NCBI GenBank assembly: GCA_046153015.1
Contig: JBJXGF010000407.1
Coordinates: forward strand, 1 to 58,000
DNA: 58,000 bases
Direction: 5' to 3'
From: Acidimicrobiales bacterium
GTDB taxonomy: Bacteria > Actinomycetota > Acidimicrobiia > Acidimicrobiales > CAIXPF01
The notes beneath the pieces are model-generated. The model was not told the DNA's origin. It searched no databases and saw only the letters and a list, made by a program, of their open reading frames with translations. Each line of letters begins with the position of its first letter. Positions within the stretch are counted from its first letter, which is position 1. Positions 16,309 through 24,993 of the stretch are shown here, piece after piece. A program made the position numbers and the translations under genes.

Positions 16309-18186
16309 ATGACCTCGCAAGGTGTTCCCGCGGTTCGGATCGATCCCGGCACCGGGCGCAAGCTGTTCAACACCCGGGCGGAGAAGGCCTCGGACCGAAT
16401 CGTCGGCAAGGGCTACGACGTGGTCGACGACCCGGACAAGCTGGCGCTGCCCGCCGCCAAGCCGGGGGCGGTGTTCGGCGCCGAGGAGCAAGCGCGGTAC
16501 CGCGAGTTCAACGAGGTCCGGCGCGGCGCCGACGACTACATGCCGATGCGGGGCGCGTTCGCCCGCTACCTCGAAGACCATTACTCCGCGGCGCCCGTCC
16601 CCCGTGAAGCGCTGACCGACGAGTGCGAGATCATCGTGGTCGGCGGCGGCTTCGCCGGGCTCCTGCTCTGGTACAAGCTGGCCGCCGCAGGCTTCACCGA
16701 CATCCGCTTCTGCGAGAAGGGCGGCGACGTCGGCGGCACCTGGTACTGGAACCGCTACCCCGGGATCGCCTGCGACGTCGAGTCGTACTCCTACCTCCCG
16801 CTGCTGGAGGAAATGGACTACTTCCCGACCATGAAGTTCGCGTCCGGCTTCGAGATCTTCGAGTATTGCCAGAAGATGGCCGAAAAGTTCGGCTTCTACG
16901 ACCACTGCCTGTTCCATACCGAGGTGACCTCGGTCGACTGGGACGACGCCGCCGAGCGCTGGACGATCCGCACCAACCGGGGCGACGCGATGCGAGCCCG
17001 TTTCGTGATGCTCGCCAACGGCGTGCTCACCACTCCGAGGCTGGCCCGCATCAACGGCATGGAAACCTTCGGCGGCGAGTCGTTCCACACCTCCCGCTGG
17101 AATTATGACGTCGAGCTGCAGGGCAAGCGGATCGGCGTGATCGGCACCGGCGCCACCGCGGTGCAGGCCATCCCCGAGCTGGCCAAGGTGGCCGGCCAGC
17201 TCTACGTGTTCCAGCGCACCCCCTCGACCATCGACGTGCGGGACCAGCGGGCGACCGCACCGGAGCAGATCGAGGAGTGGAAGAACGAGCCGGGCTGGGC
17301 GCGGGCCCGCCGCACCCGTTTCGCGCAGCTCATCGGCCGCCGGGCGCTGCAGGCGAACGACGAGTTCCTCGCCGGCAAGGCGCCGTTGCCGGAGCGCCGG
17401 CGCGCCAAGGAGGGCCCACGTCCCACTCGTGAGGAACGCACCCAACGCGAGCTCGAAGCGAGCTTTCGCATCATGGAGCAGATCCGGGCCCGCATCGACG
17501 CCATCGTCGAGGACCCGAAGACCGCAGCCGCGCTCAAGCCGTACTACCCCTACGGGTGCAAACGGCCGACGTTCCACGATGAGTACCTGCCGACGTTCAA
17601 TCTCCCTCATGTCACGCTGGTCGACGTCGCGCCGCTCGGCGTGCAGGAGATCAACGAGCGAGGCGTGGTGCACGACGGCGTCCAGTACGACCTCGACGTG
17701 CTGATCTACGCCACCGGATTCGACTTCATGTCGCGGGAAGCGGTGGGCCACGTGCGAGGCCTCGGCGGGCGGACGATCGCCGAGAAATGGCAGGAAGAGG
17801 GCACGCGAACGTTCCTCGGTCTGCACACCAACGGCTTCCCGAACCTGTTCATCGTGGCCGGCCCGCAGGGCACCGGAGGGAGCTTCAACTTCACCGACGC
17901 CATCGAGGAGCACACCGATTACGTCGTATGGCTGCTCTCGACGATGCGCGACGCCGGGCACGGCGTGGTCGACGTGACCGAGCAGGACGAGGCGAGCTGG
18001 TCGCAGCACTGCGCGGAGGCCGACATCGCCACCGCTCCGCTGCGGAACTGTCTGTCCAACTTCAACGGCTACGGACGGGCCGAACCGGGCGCGCTCGCCT
18101 ACTACGGCGGCCGGGAGGCGCTGCGCCGGCGGGCCGCGGCCCAGGAGACGCTGGCGCCCTACCTCTTCCGGCCCGTTAGAACGTGA
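16309..18186 (+). CDS. Baeyer-Villiger (flavin-containing, type I) monooxygenase
   Basis: It has the FAD motif VVGGGFAG, the BVMO fingerprint FGGESFHTSRW (FxGxxxHxxxW), the NADPH motif GTGATA and ATGFD. The ATG at 16309 was chosen because the 1150-aa ORF is an over-extension. Confidence 0.9.
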   Translation: MTSQGVPAVRIDPGTGRKLFNTRAEKASDRIVGKGYDVVDDPDKLALPAAKPGAVFGAEEQARYREFNEVRRGADDYMPMRGAFARYLEDHYSAAPVPREALTDECEIIVVGGGFAGLLLWYKLAAAGFTDIRFCEKGGDVGGTWYWNRYPGIACDVESYSYLPLLEEMDYFPTMKFASGFEIFEYCQKMAEKFGFYDHCLFHTEVTSVDWDDAAERWTIRTNRGDAMRARFVMLANGVLTTPRLARINGMETFGGESFHTSRWNYDVELQGKRIGVIGTGATAVQAIPELAKVAGQLYVFQRTPSTIDVRDQRATAPEQIEEWKNEPGWARARRTRFAQLIGRRALQANDEFLAGKAPLPERRRAKEGPRPTREERTQRELEASFRIMEQIRARIDAIVEDPKTAAALKPYYPYGCKRPTFHDEYLPTFNLPHVTLVDVAPLGVQEINERGVVHDGVQYDLDVLIYATGFDFMSREAVGHVRGLGGRTIAEKWQEEGTRTFLGLHTNGFPNLFIVAGPQGTGGSFNFTDAIEEHTDYVVWLLSTMRDAGHGVVDVTEQDEASWSQHCAEADIATAPLRNCLSNFNGYGRAEPGALAYYGGREALRRRAAAQETLAPYLFRPVRT

Positions 18187-18973
18187 ACGCCAGCTTGGTG
18201 GCGGCCTTGCGGGCGAGGTCCGGGTCGCCCCGCAGGGTCACCGTTCCGGCGGCGAGCTGAGCCTCGGGGTCGATCCGGCCGCAGCAGAGCAGCATGAACG
18301 TGAGAAAGTCCACGCTGAGCTCGGCCGTGGGCTCGGCGAGCGCCTCCACGGGCCGGGCCCGCCCCTCGACGACGGTGGCCGAGAGGTCCCGGGCGTAGGG
18401 GCCGGTCACGTGCACGGTGACCGACTCGCCCTCGGTGAGGCCCACCTTCTTGCCCATGACGAAGCCCCAGGACAGCTCCACCTCGCGGAGCGACAGCTCC
18501 GCGGCGGGGCCGTCCTCGTGGCCGGGCCGGTCGAGCGGCGTCCGCATGTCCTGCTCGTGCACCCAGCAGTCGAACACCCGCACCTCCTGGAAGCGGCCCC
18601 AGGTGTGCACCCCGACCGGGGTCCACGACGGGCGCGCCCAGGCGGTGTCGTCGGCGGCGGCCAGCTGGGCCCGGCGGCGTTCGACGGCGGCCCGGAACCG
18701 CTCGAGCAGCTCGACGCCGGACCACGCCTTGGCGTCCTTGTGGAACTGCGCGAGCCCGCCGAAGGGGCCCGTCTCGGTCTCGACGGTCCAACCGGCGAGG
18801 GCCTCCTCGATGCCGGTGAGATGGGTCATCACGCCGTGCACGGTCCAGGCCGGGCACAACGACGGCGTCTGCCAGTCGGCGGGGGACAGCGCGGCGCAGA
18901 ACTGCTCGAGGGACGACCAGCACCCGTCGAGCGCGGCGACGGTCTCGGCCCGGGTGGGCGCGGCGACCGGCAT
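18176..18973 (-). CDS. maleylpyruvate isomerase-family, mycothiol-dependent (DinB-like) protein
   Basis: It has an N-terminal DinB-like helix bundle (CPAWTVHGVMTHLTG) and a C-terminal SCP2-like segment. Its ATG overlaps the stop of the upstream hydrolase (TAATG). Confidence 0.7.
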   Translation of the reverse strand: MPVAAPTRAETVAALDGCWSSLEQFCAALSPADWQTPSLCPAWTVHGVMTHLTGIEEALAGWTVETETGPFGGLAQFHKDAKAWSGVELLERFRAAVERRRAQLAAADDTAWARPSWTPVGVHTWGRFQEVRVFDCWVHEQDMRTPLDRPGHEDGPAAELSLREVELSWGFVMGKKVGLTEGESVTVHVTGPYARDLSATVVEGRARPVEALAEPTAELSVDFLTFMLLCCGRIDPEAQLAAGTVTLRGDPDLARKAATKLAFTF

Positions 18974-19656
18974 TACACGGCCTCGAGGAACTGCATCGCC
19001 GAGTCGATGAACTTGAAGTCCTTCGGGGTGGCGAAGTGGTCGCAGCGACGCAGCACCACCAGCTTGGCGTTGGGCAGACGGTCGAGCAGCGGGTCGGGCG
19101 GGCCGGCGAAGTCCTGGTCGCCGAGCACCACCAGCACCGGCTGGGTGAGCTTGGCGAGGCCCTCGTCGGTGATCGGCCACGCGTGCTTGCGCTTGAGCAG
19201 GGCGGTGAGCGCCTGGCGGTCGATCTCGGGGCTGTCGGCCAGCATGTTGAAGTGGTACGCCTCGGGGTTGGTCACGTCGGGCTTGCCGGCGATGGCCTCG
19301 GCGATCTTCTTGCCCCGCTCCTCGTCCCGGCGGAACAGGTTGTCGCCCACGCCGGACACGATGATGCGGTTGAACCGCTCGGGGTGGCGGCAGGCGATGG
19401 CCAGGATCGTGCGGGACCCGAGCGAGAAGCCGATGGCGTCGACCGGCTCGTCGGGCAGCGCGTCGACCACCAGCTGCTCGAGCGCCTCGTAGGCCTCGGG
19501 GTCATGCGGCTTGTCGGCGTTGCCGTGGCCGAGCAGGTCGAGCGCGAGCACCTCTCGGCCGGCCTCGCTCAGCAGGTCGATCCAGCCGTTTTCCCGCCAG
19601 GTGCGGTCGGCGGAGGTGGCGAAGCCGTGCAGAAGCAGGACGGGCGGTGCGCTCAT
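18973..19656 (-). CDS. alpha/beta hydrolase
   Basis: 227 aa with LLLHGF, the nucleophile elbow GFSLGS and a C-terminal His region (CDHFA). Confidence 0.85.
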   Translation of the reverse strand: MSAPPVLLLHGFATSADRTWRENGWIDLLSEAGREVLALDLLGHGNADKPHDPEAYEALEQLVVDALPDEPVDAIGFSLGSRTILAIACRHPERFNRIIVSGVGDNLFRRDEERGKKIAEAIAGKPDVTNPEAYHFNMLADSPEIDRQALTALLKRKHAWPITDEGLAKLTQPVLVVLGDQDFAGPPDPLLDRLPNAKLVVLRRCDHFATPKDFKFIDSAMQFLEAV

Positions 19657-19682
19657 GGCCGGCGAGCCTAGTGTTTTGGGTT

Positions 19683-20087
19683 GTGACCCTGCGGGTGAAC
19701 GCCGAGCTCGAGATCCCCGACGACGAGCTCGTCTGGCGCTTCACCCCCTCGGGCGGTCCGGGCGGTCAGCACGCCAACCGCAGCGCCACCCGAGTCGAGC
19801 TCGCGTGGAGCGTGGCCGAGTCCGCCGCGCTGAGCGAGGGGCAGCGAGCCCTGCTGCTCACCCGCCTCGGCCCGTGGGCCCGGGCCGCCGCCGACGACGA
19901 GCGTTCGCAGCTGCGCAACCGCGGCCTCGCCGCGCAGCGCTTGGCGGCGCGGGTGGCGGCTGCGCTGCAGGTCGAGCCGCCGCGGCGGGCCACCAAGCCC
20001 ACCCGCGGCTCGCAGGTGCGTCGCGTGGAGGCCAAGCGGCGGCGCTCGGAGCTCAAACGCGGCCGCGGCTGGCGAGGCGACGAGTAG
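19683..20087 (+). CDS. arfB: alternative ribosome-rescue factor ArfB (GGQ peptidyl-tRNA hydrolase)
   Basis: It has the GGQ motif (SGGPGGQHANRSATRVEL) and a basic C-terminal tail (KPTRGSQVRRVEAKRRRSELKRGR). I prefer the GTG at 19683 because the ATG at 19647 would overlap the divergent gene. Confidence 0.85.
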   Translation: MTLRVNAELEIPDDELVWRFTPSGGPGGQHANRSATRVELAWSVAESAALSEGQRALLLTRLGPWARAAADDERSQLRNRGLAAQRLAARVAAALQVEPPRRATKPTRGSQVRRVEAKRRRSELKRGRGWRGDE

Positions 20088-20114
20088 GGCGGCAGCGCCT
20101 GGCCGCGTCCGCCT

Positions 20115-20621
20115 TCAGCCGGCGAGGTCCCGGCCGAACCACCGCTCGACGGTGTTCGAGAGGTCGTGGAGCTCGCGCAGGCCGCCGGGCTCGTAGCCGA
20201 GCCGGGTGTACAGGCGGTGGGCGTCGACGAAGCGGGTGTCGCTCCACAGGATCATCCGCCGAGCGCCGAGCTCGCGCCGGGCCACGCCCTCCGCCCACGC
20301 CACCAGCGCCGCGCCGAGGCCGCGCCTGCGGGCGGAGCGGGCCACGTACAGCGTTTTCAGCTCGGCGGTGGGCCCAGCGTCGTCGGGCACGGGGCGCACC
20401 GCGATCGAGGCCGCCAGCGACCCGCCGGTGTCGTCGTCGAGCACCCACAGCCGCTTGCCCTCGGCGGCCGCGAAGAACGCGGGGGCCCGCAGCCACGGCT
20501 CCTCGGCGTCGATATCGAGGACGCAGCCGGGGTGCTCGCTCCAGCACGCCTCGATCAGCGCCGCCAGGGGCCCGGCGTCGGCGTCGCGCACCGGCCGCAG
20601 GCCCAGGAGCTCGGGCGCCAC
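20115..20621 (-). CDS. GNAT-family N-acetyltransferase
   Basis: It has the acetyl-CoA motif RRRGLGAAL (Q/RxxGxG/A) and the beta-strand pattern typical of GNAT. Confidence 0.85.
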   Translation of the reverse strand: MAPELLGLRPVRDADAGPLAALIEACWSEHPGCVLDIDAEEPWLRAPAFFAAAEGKRLWVLDDDTGGSLAASIAVRPVPDDAGPTAELKTLYVARSARRRGLGAALVAWAEGVARRELGARRMILWSDTRFVDAHRLYTRLGYEPGGLRELHDLSNTVERWFGRDLAG

Positions 20622-20622
20622 C

Positions 20623-21858
20623 TCAGCTGATGCCCTTGGTGTGGGCGGGGCGGGGCTCGGGCGCCTCGGGCAGCTCGGTCACGCCGGCCTCGGCCAGCAC
20701 CTCGAGCGTGTGCTCCCCGAGGATCGGCGGGCGGCGGCGCACCCCCGTGGGCGTCTCGGTCATCTTGATCGACGTGCCGACCACGGTCATCGGCCCGACG
20801 CCGGGCTGGTCGATCTCGACCAGCATGTCGCGCGCCGCCACGTGCGGGTCGGCGAGGATGTCCTCGGCGGTGTTCACCGGCCCCACCGGCACCTTGCCGC
20901 CCAGCTCGGCCAGCACCTGGGCCTTGGAGCGCACGCTGGTCCACGCTGCGATGGCCTCGGTGAGCGGGCCGCGGCGGCGGATGCGGTCGCGATTGCGGCG
21001 GTAGTCGGGGTGATCGGCCAGCTCGGGACGGCCGATCAGCCCGCACAGCGTCGACCACTGATGGTCGAGCGGGCAGGCGATCACGCAGCCGCCGTCGGTG
21101 CAGGGGTACACGTCGTAGGGGGCGAGGAGCGGGTGGCCGTTGCTCATCGGCACGCTCGACAAGGCCCCGTACGTGTACCGGAACATCAGCGATTCGCACA
21201 GCGCGAGGCAGGCGTCGTACATGGCGATGTCGACGAACTGGCCCTTGCCGGTGCGGTGGGCGCACAGCACGGCCGACACCAGGCCCAGCGCAGCCATCGT
21301 CCCGGGGTAGATGTCGCCCACCGATGGGCCGCACTTGGTGGGCGGCCCGCCGGCCGGGCCGGTCATGCCGACCACGCCGCCCATCGCCTGGCCCACCAGG
21401 TCGAACGCCGGCCAGTCCGCGTACGGGCTGGCGCCGGTGCGCGGGTCGCCGAAGCCCCGGATCGCCACGTAGGCGAGGCGAGGGTTCACGTGGCGCAGCA
21501 CGTCGTAGCCGACGCCCAGCTTGTCCATCACCCCGGCCCGGGCGTTCTCGATGACGGCGTCGGCCGACTCGACCAGCTTGCACAACAGCCGGCGGCCCGC
21601 CTCGTCGTTCAGGTCGAGCACCACCGAGCGCTTCGAGCGGTTGATGCTGGCGAAGTAGCCGCCGTAGAAGCGCTCCTCGTCGCCCGGGGCGTAGGGGCCG
21701 GAGAAGCGGGTCATGTCGCCGTGCGGCGGCTCGACCTTGATCACGTCGGCCCCGAGGTCGCCGAGCAGCATGGTGGCGAAGGGCCCGGCCAGGGCCTGGG
21801 TGAGATCGATCACCCGCACCCCGTCGAGAGGGCCGGGCGCCAACGCGCGGTCTGCCAC
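20623..21858 (-). CDS. family III CoA-transferase (CaiB/BaiF), copy 1
   Basis: It has LDGVRVIDLTQALAGPFATMLLGDLGADVIKVEPP. I chose the GTG start at 21858; the exact start is uncertain. Confidence 0.85.
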   Translation of the reverse strand: MADRALAPGPLDGVRVIDLTQALAGPFATMLLGDLGADVIKVEPPHGDMTRFSGPYAPGDEERFYGGYFASINRSKRSVVLDLNDEAGRRLLCKLVESADAVIENARAGVMDKLGVGYDVLRHVNPRLAYVAIRGFGDPRTGASPYADWPAFDLVGQAMGGVVGMTGPAGGPPTKCGPSVGDIYPGTMAALGLVSAVLCAHRTGKGQFVDIAMYDACLALCESLMFRYTYGALSSVPMSNGHPLLAPYDVYPCTDGGCVIACPLDHQWSTLCGLIGRPELADHPDYRRNRDRIRRRGPLTEAIAAWTSVRSKAQVLAELGGKVPVGPVNTAEDILADPHVAARDMLVEIDQPGVGPMTVVGTSIKMTETPTGVRRRPPILGEHTLEVLAEAGVTELPEAPEPRPAHTKGIS

Positions 21859-21928
21859 GGGCGACCGTTCGCCCGGCCCACCGACCCGGCGGTGGGCCGG
21901 CCGGCCGGCGGGCGGGTCGACCGACCGG

Positions 21929-21977
21929 GAGGTTGTGTGCGCCAACCCCCGCCCGTGGGGTTGACGCGCACAACCTC
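21929..21977. promoter_or_regulatory. strong stem-loop upstream of CoA-transferase copy 1
   Basis: gaggttgtgtgcgccaacccc (21929-21949) pairs with ggggttgacgcgcacaacctc (21957-21977) at 19 of 21 positions around a 7-nt loop. Confidence 0.6.
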
Positions 21978-22070
21978 GCCCACGCGGGCGGCCGGTGCTC
22001 CGGACGCTCGAGCTGGGAAGGCGCGGCGGGCCGTCCGCGGCCCTACGCCACAGAGAGTGCCGGCGTGCTG

Positions 22071-22116
22071 GCTTGTGGCGCCGAGTTGCGTCACCGGAGA
22101 ATCTCAAGGGCGAGGG
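22071..22116. repeat. direct repeat copy A in a non-coding gap
   Basis: It shares ttgtg...cgtcaccggagaatc...gggcgaggg with copy B. The identical 15-mer lies at 22089-22103. Confidence 0.5.
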
Positions 22117-22186
22117 CGCAGGAGCGGAGCCTGCTTTGGGTCCGGACCACGCGCCTGCTCAATTGACCGGGGGTGGGCGGGCGGCG

Positions 22187-22237
22187 GCGTTGTGTGACGG
22201 GTTTCGTCACCGGAGAATCCCGACAAGCGGGCGAGGG
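22187..22237. repeat. direct repeat copy B in a non-coding gap
   Basis: The 15-mer cgtcaccggagaatc lies at 22205-22219 and gggcgaggg at 22229-22237. A local hairpin gtgacg-ggttt-cgtcac is present. Confidence 0.5.
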
Positions 22238-22280
22238 AGGCGACGAGCGGGCTCGGGGGGCGGGCGGCCGCCGGCGCCGG

Positions 22281-22514
22281 TCAGGCCGAGCGCAGCGCAG
22301 CGACCGCCGAGGCGGTCGCCGCCGACTCCAGGCGCCGGATCATCAGGATCTCGCTGGTGCGGATCGACGCCACCCGCACTGCCCACGCGTCGACGGCCGC
22401 CCGCTCCTCACGGGTGCGGAAGAACGTGGTCATCTGACCCTCCTGGGTGTAGGCGTCCGCGCCCTCGATCAGCTCGACCGTGCGGTCCTTCAGCGTCACC
22501 TCGAAGCGGGTCAT
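22281..22514 (-). CDS. small conserved-looking hypothetical protein (77 aa)
   Basis: MTRFEVTLKDRTVELIEGADAYTQEGQMTTFFRTREERAAVDAWAVRVASIRTSEILMIRRLE has balanced, non-artefactual composition. The ATG is at 22514. Confidence 0.55.
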   Translation of the reverse strand: MTRFEVTLKDRTVELIEGADAYTQEGQMTTFFRTREERAAVDAWAVRVASIRTSEILMIRRLESAATASAVAALRSA

Positions 22515-22560
22515 GGGGGCACTGTGAAGGATGTGGCCTGTGTGGTTCCAGGGGTTCAAG

Positions 22561-22588
22561 CCTGTGGATTGCTGCGGTTGTCCACAGG
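22561..22588. promoter_or_regulatory. 8-bp perfect inverted repeat in a divergent promoter region
   Basis: cctgtgga (22561-22568) pairs with tccacagg (22581-22588). It lies between the divergent small genes starting at 22514 and 22633. Confidence 0.35.
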
Positions 22589-22632
22589 CCGGTCCGCGCC
22601 CGCCTCGATGCGCGGCGCCACACTGACCGTCC

Positions 22633-22809
22633 GTGGAATTCACCTGCCCGCGCTGCGCCGCCGCCGTCGACGACGAGTACTACGGCCCATGCCTCGGCTG
22701 CCGGGGGACGCTGCGGGAGCAGTACGCCGGCCGGCAGCGCGCGGTCGAAGCCGAGGCCTACGAGCCGAAGATGAACGTGACCCCGAACGCGGTGGCCCTG
22801 AAGGAGTAG
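22633..22809 (+). CDS. 58-aa zinc-ribbon-like small protein (absent from the supplied ORF track)
   Basis: GTG at 22633 to TAG at 22809: (M)EFTCPRCAAAVDDEYYGPCLGCRGTLREQYAGRQRAVEAEAYEPKMNVTPNAVALKE. It has two CxxC pairs and balanced composition. An in-frame stop lies at 22624-22626, just upstream. Confidence 0.5.
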   Translation: MEFTCPRCAAAVDDEYYGPCLGCRGTLREQYAGRQRAVEAEAYEPKMNVTPNAVALKE

Positions 22810-22813
22810 CGCG

Positions 22814-24460
22814 CTACGCGCTCACCTGCTCCTTGGCCCAGCGGTAGTCGGCCTTGCCCGAGGGTGAGCGGACCACCTGCTCCACGTACACGTAGGCCTT
22901 GGGCAGCTTGTAGCGGGCGATGTGCTGCGCCGCCGCATCGGTGAGGCTGTCGTCGTCGGCCGCAGCGTCGGGGCGCAGCGCCACCACCGCCACCACCTCG
23001 TTGCCCCACCGGCTCGAGGGCCTCCCACACACCACCACGTCGTATACCGCGGGGTGGGTGCGCAGCGCCTGCTCGACCTCCTCCGCGAAGATCTTCTCGC
23101 CGCCGGAGTTGATCGTGACCGAATCCCGGCCATACAGCTCGATCGAGCCGTCGTCCATCCAACGGCCCCGGTCGCCCGGGACCGCGTACCGCACCCCGTC
23201 GATGACCGGGAACGTGCGCTCGGTCTTCGCCTGATCTCCCAGGTAGCCCCGCGGGCAGCGGCCGAGCTGACCGATCCAGCCCATCTCGTGGTGGCCGGGC
23301 GTGAGCACCTGGGTGAGGTCTTCGGAGAGCACGACGGTGTTCGCGGACGGCGCAAACGAGCCGGAGCTGGCGCCGGTCTTGGCCGAGCTCGTCTGCATGC
23401 CCTGGCGGCCCGTCTCCGAGGAGCCCAGCACGTCGATCACGGTCACCGTGGGCAGCAGCTCGAGGAACGCGGCCTTGAGATGAGCCGAGAGCACCGCACC
23501 CCCGGTCATGAGGAACCGCAGGCCCGACAGGTCGTAGGCGCCAGGGCTGCGGCGCAGCTCGTCGACGAGGGGCACCGCGAACGCGTCGCCCACGATCAAC
23601 AGCGAGCTGGCCCGCTCGCGCTCCACCGTGCGCCAGATGTCCGCCCCGTCGAGACGGTTCGGGTGGTCCTGGAGCACGATCGTGCCCCCCGCCGCCCAGC
23701 ACGACATCGCGTTCCAGTGCCCAGCGCCGTGCATGAACGGCGGCGCCGGCAGCGCCCGCAGCTTCGAGCCCGGGGCGGCGGCGGCGAACTCGTCGTAGGA
23801 CTCGTACTCGCTGCCGTCCTTGCGGCGCAGGCCGAGCGCGGCCAGCAAGAAGTCGGCCTGGCGCCAGAGCACGCCTTTGGGCATGCCGGTGGTGCCGCCG
23901 GTGTAGACGATGTACAGGTCGTCCCCGCTCCAGCCGGCGCTGAGCTCGGCGGGCAGCTCAGCCGGCGTGACGGCCAGCGCCTCTTCGTACCACCGGGCGC
24001 CGGGCAGCAGCTCGTTGCCCGAGTCGTCGGCCACCTGCAGCAGCACCTCGACCCTGGGGAGCTCACCCAGCACCTCGGCCAGGGTGGGGGCGAACGCCGA
24101 ATGGAACACGATGGCCTTCGCCGCCGAGTCGGTGAGCAGGTACTGGAGCTCCTCGGCCACGTACCGGTAGTTGACGTTGAACGGCGCCAGACGGGCCTTG
24201 TAGGCGCCCACCATGCACTCGAGGTACTCGTTGCCGTTGTGGAGATAGATAGCCAGGTGATCCTGGCCGGATTCCCAGGGGGCGAGCTCCGCGGCCGGCC
24301 GGCGCACCCCGAGCCCCCGATCGTGCAGGTAGCGCGCCAGGCGGCGGGTGCGGTCGGTGACCTCGGCCCAGCTGAGCCGGCGCGGCCCCCACACCAGGCA
24401 CTCCCGGTCGGGCACGGCGGCGGCGACCGCCTCGTGGATCGCGGCGAAGTTGAGCTCCAT
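22814..24460 (-). CDS. acyl-CoA synthetase / AMP-dependent ligase (FadD-like)
   Basis: It has the AMP-binding motif IVYTGGTTGMPKGV, GSSETG, and a C-terminal GEKIF...KxPK region. Confidence 0.9.
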   Translation of the reverse strand: MELNFAAIHEAVAAAVPDRECLVWGPRRLSWAEVTDRTRRLARYLHDRGLGVRRPAAELAPWESGQDHLAIYLHNGNEYLECMVGAYKARLAPFNVNYRYVAEELQYLLTDSAAKAIVFHSAFAPTLAEVLGELPRVEVLLQVADDSGNELLPGARWYEEALAVTPAELPAELSAGWSGDDLYIVYTGGTTGMPKGVLWRQADFLLAALGLRRKDGSEYESYDEFAAAAPGSKLRALPAPPFMHGAGHWNAMSCWAAGGTIVLQDHPNRLDGADIWRTVERERASSLLIVGDAFAVPLVDELRRSPGAYDLSGLRFLMTGGAVLSAHLKAAFLELLPTVTVIDVLGSSETGRQGMQTSSAKTGASSGSFAPSANTVVLSEDLTQVLTPGHHEMGWIGQLGRCPRGYLGDQAKTERTFPVIDGVRYAVPGDRGRWMDDGSIELYGRDSVTINSGGEKIFAEEVEQALRTHPAVYDVVVCGRPSSRWGNEVVAVVALRPDAAADDDSLTDAAAQHIARYKLPKAYVYVEQVVRSPSGKADYRWAKEQVSA

Positions 24461-24483
24461 CCTCCCCCTCCTCGGCGCGTGCC

Positions 24484-24960
24484 TCAGGCGCGGGCGCGCT
24501 CGACCACGGTGACCGACTGCATGACGTCGCCGACCTGCACGGCCTGCGCCGCGTCGATCCCGCTCGTCACGTGGCCGAACAGGTTGTACAGCTTGTCGAG
24601 CTTTCGGCGGCAGTCGTCGATGCAGATGAAGAACTGCGAGCCGTTGGTGTTCGGCCCCGCGTTGGCCATAGCCACGGCGCCGAGCAGGTACTCGCCCTGC
24701 ACCGGCTCGTCGGGCCAGCGGTAGCCCGGCCCGCCGCGGCCGCTGCCCTCGGGGTCGCCGCCCTGGATCACGAACTCGGGGACCACCCGGTGGAAGACGA
24801 GGTTGTCGTAGAAGCCGGCCCGGGAAAGGGCGACGAAGTGATTGACCGAGTTCGGGGCGAGCGCCGGGTCGAGATCCATCACGATGTCGCCGCGCACGGT
24901 GGCGATCGTCACCTGATAGATCTTGTCGAGGTCGATCTCCATCGGGGGAGGGGAAGCCAT
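24484..24960 (-). CDS. cyclophilin-type peptidyl-prolyl cis-trans isomerase
   Basis: It has FHRVVPEFVIQGGDP, MANAGPNTNGSQFFI and GHV. The ATG is at 24960. Confidence 0.9.
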   Translation of the reverse strand: MASPPPMEIDLDKIYQVTIATVRGDIVMDLDPALAPNSVNHFVALSRAGFYDNLVFHRVVPEFVIQGGDPEGSGRGGPGYRWPDEPVQGEYLLGAVAMANAGPNTNGSQFFICIDDCRRKLDKLYNLFGHVTSGIDAAQAVQVGDVMQSVTVVERARA

Positions 24961-24993
24961 GGGTGTGATGCTGTCACATCTGGCGCGGCGCCG

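Noticed and set aside
19647-19682. The ATG at 19647 as the start of arfB.
   Set aside because: It would overlap the 5' end of the divergent hydrolase (start 19656) and adds a hydrophobic, non-conserved extension. The GTG at 19683 gives the usual ArfB N-terminus.
22089-22219. Considered whether the identical 15-mer cgtcaccggagaatc, occurring twice, is on its own proof of a repeat family.
   Set aside because: By my rough reasoning, chance 15-mer matches are expected several times in 58 kb of DNA this GC-biased. I report it only because of the collinear flanking similarity and shared non-coding location. The shared cttgtggcg 9-mer with 10683-10691 is likewise within chance.
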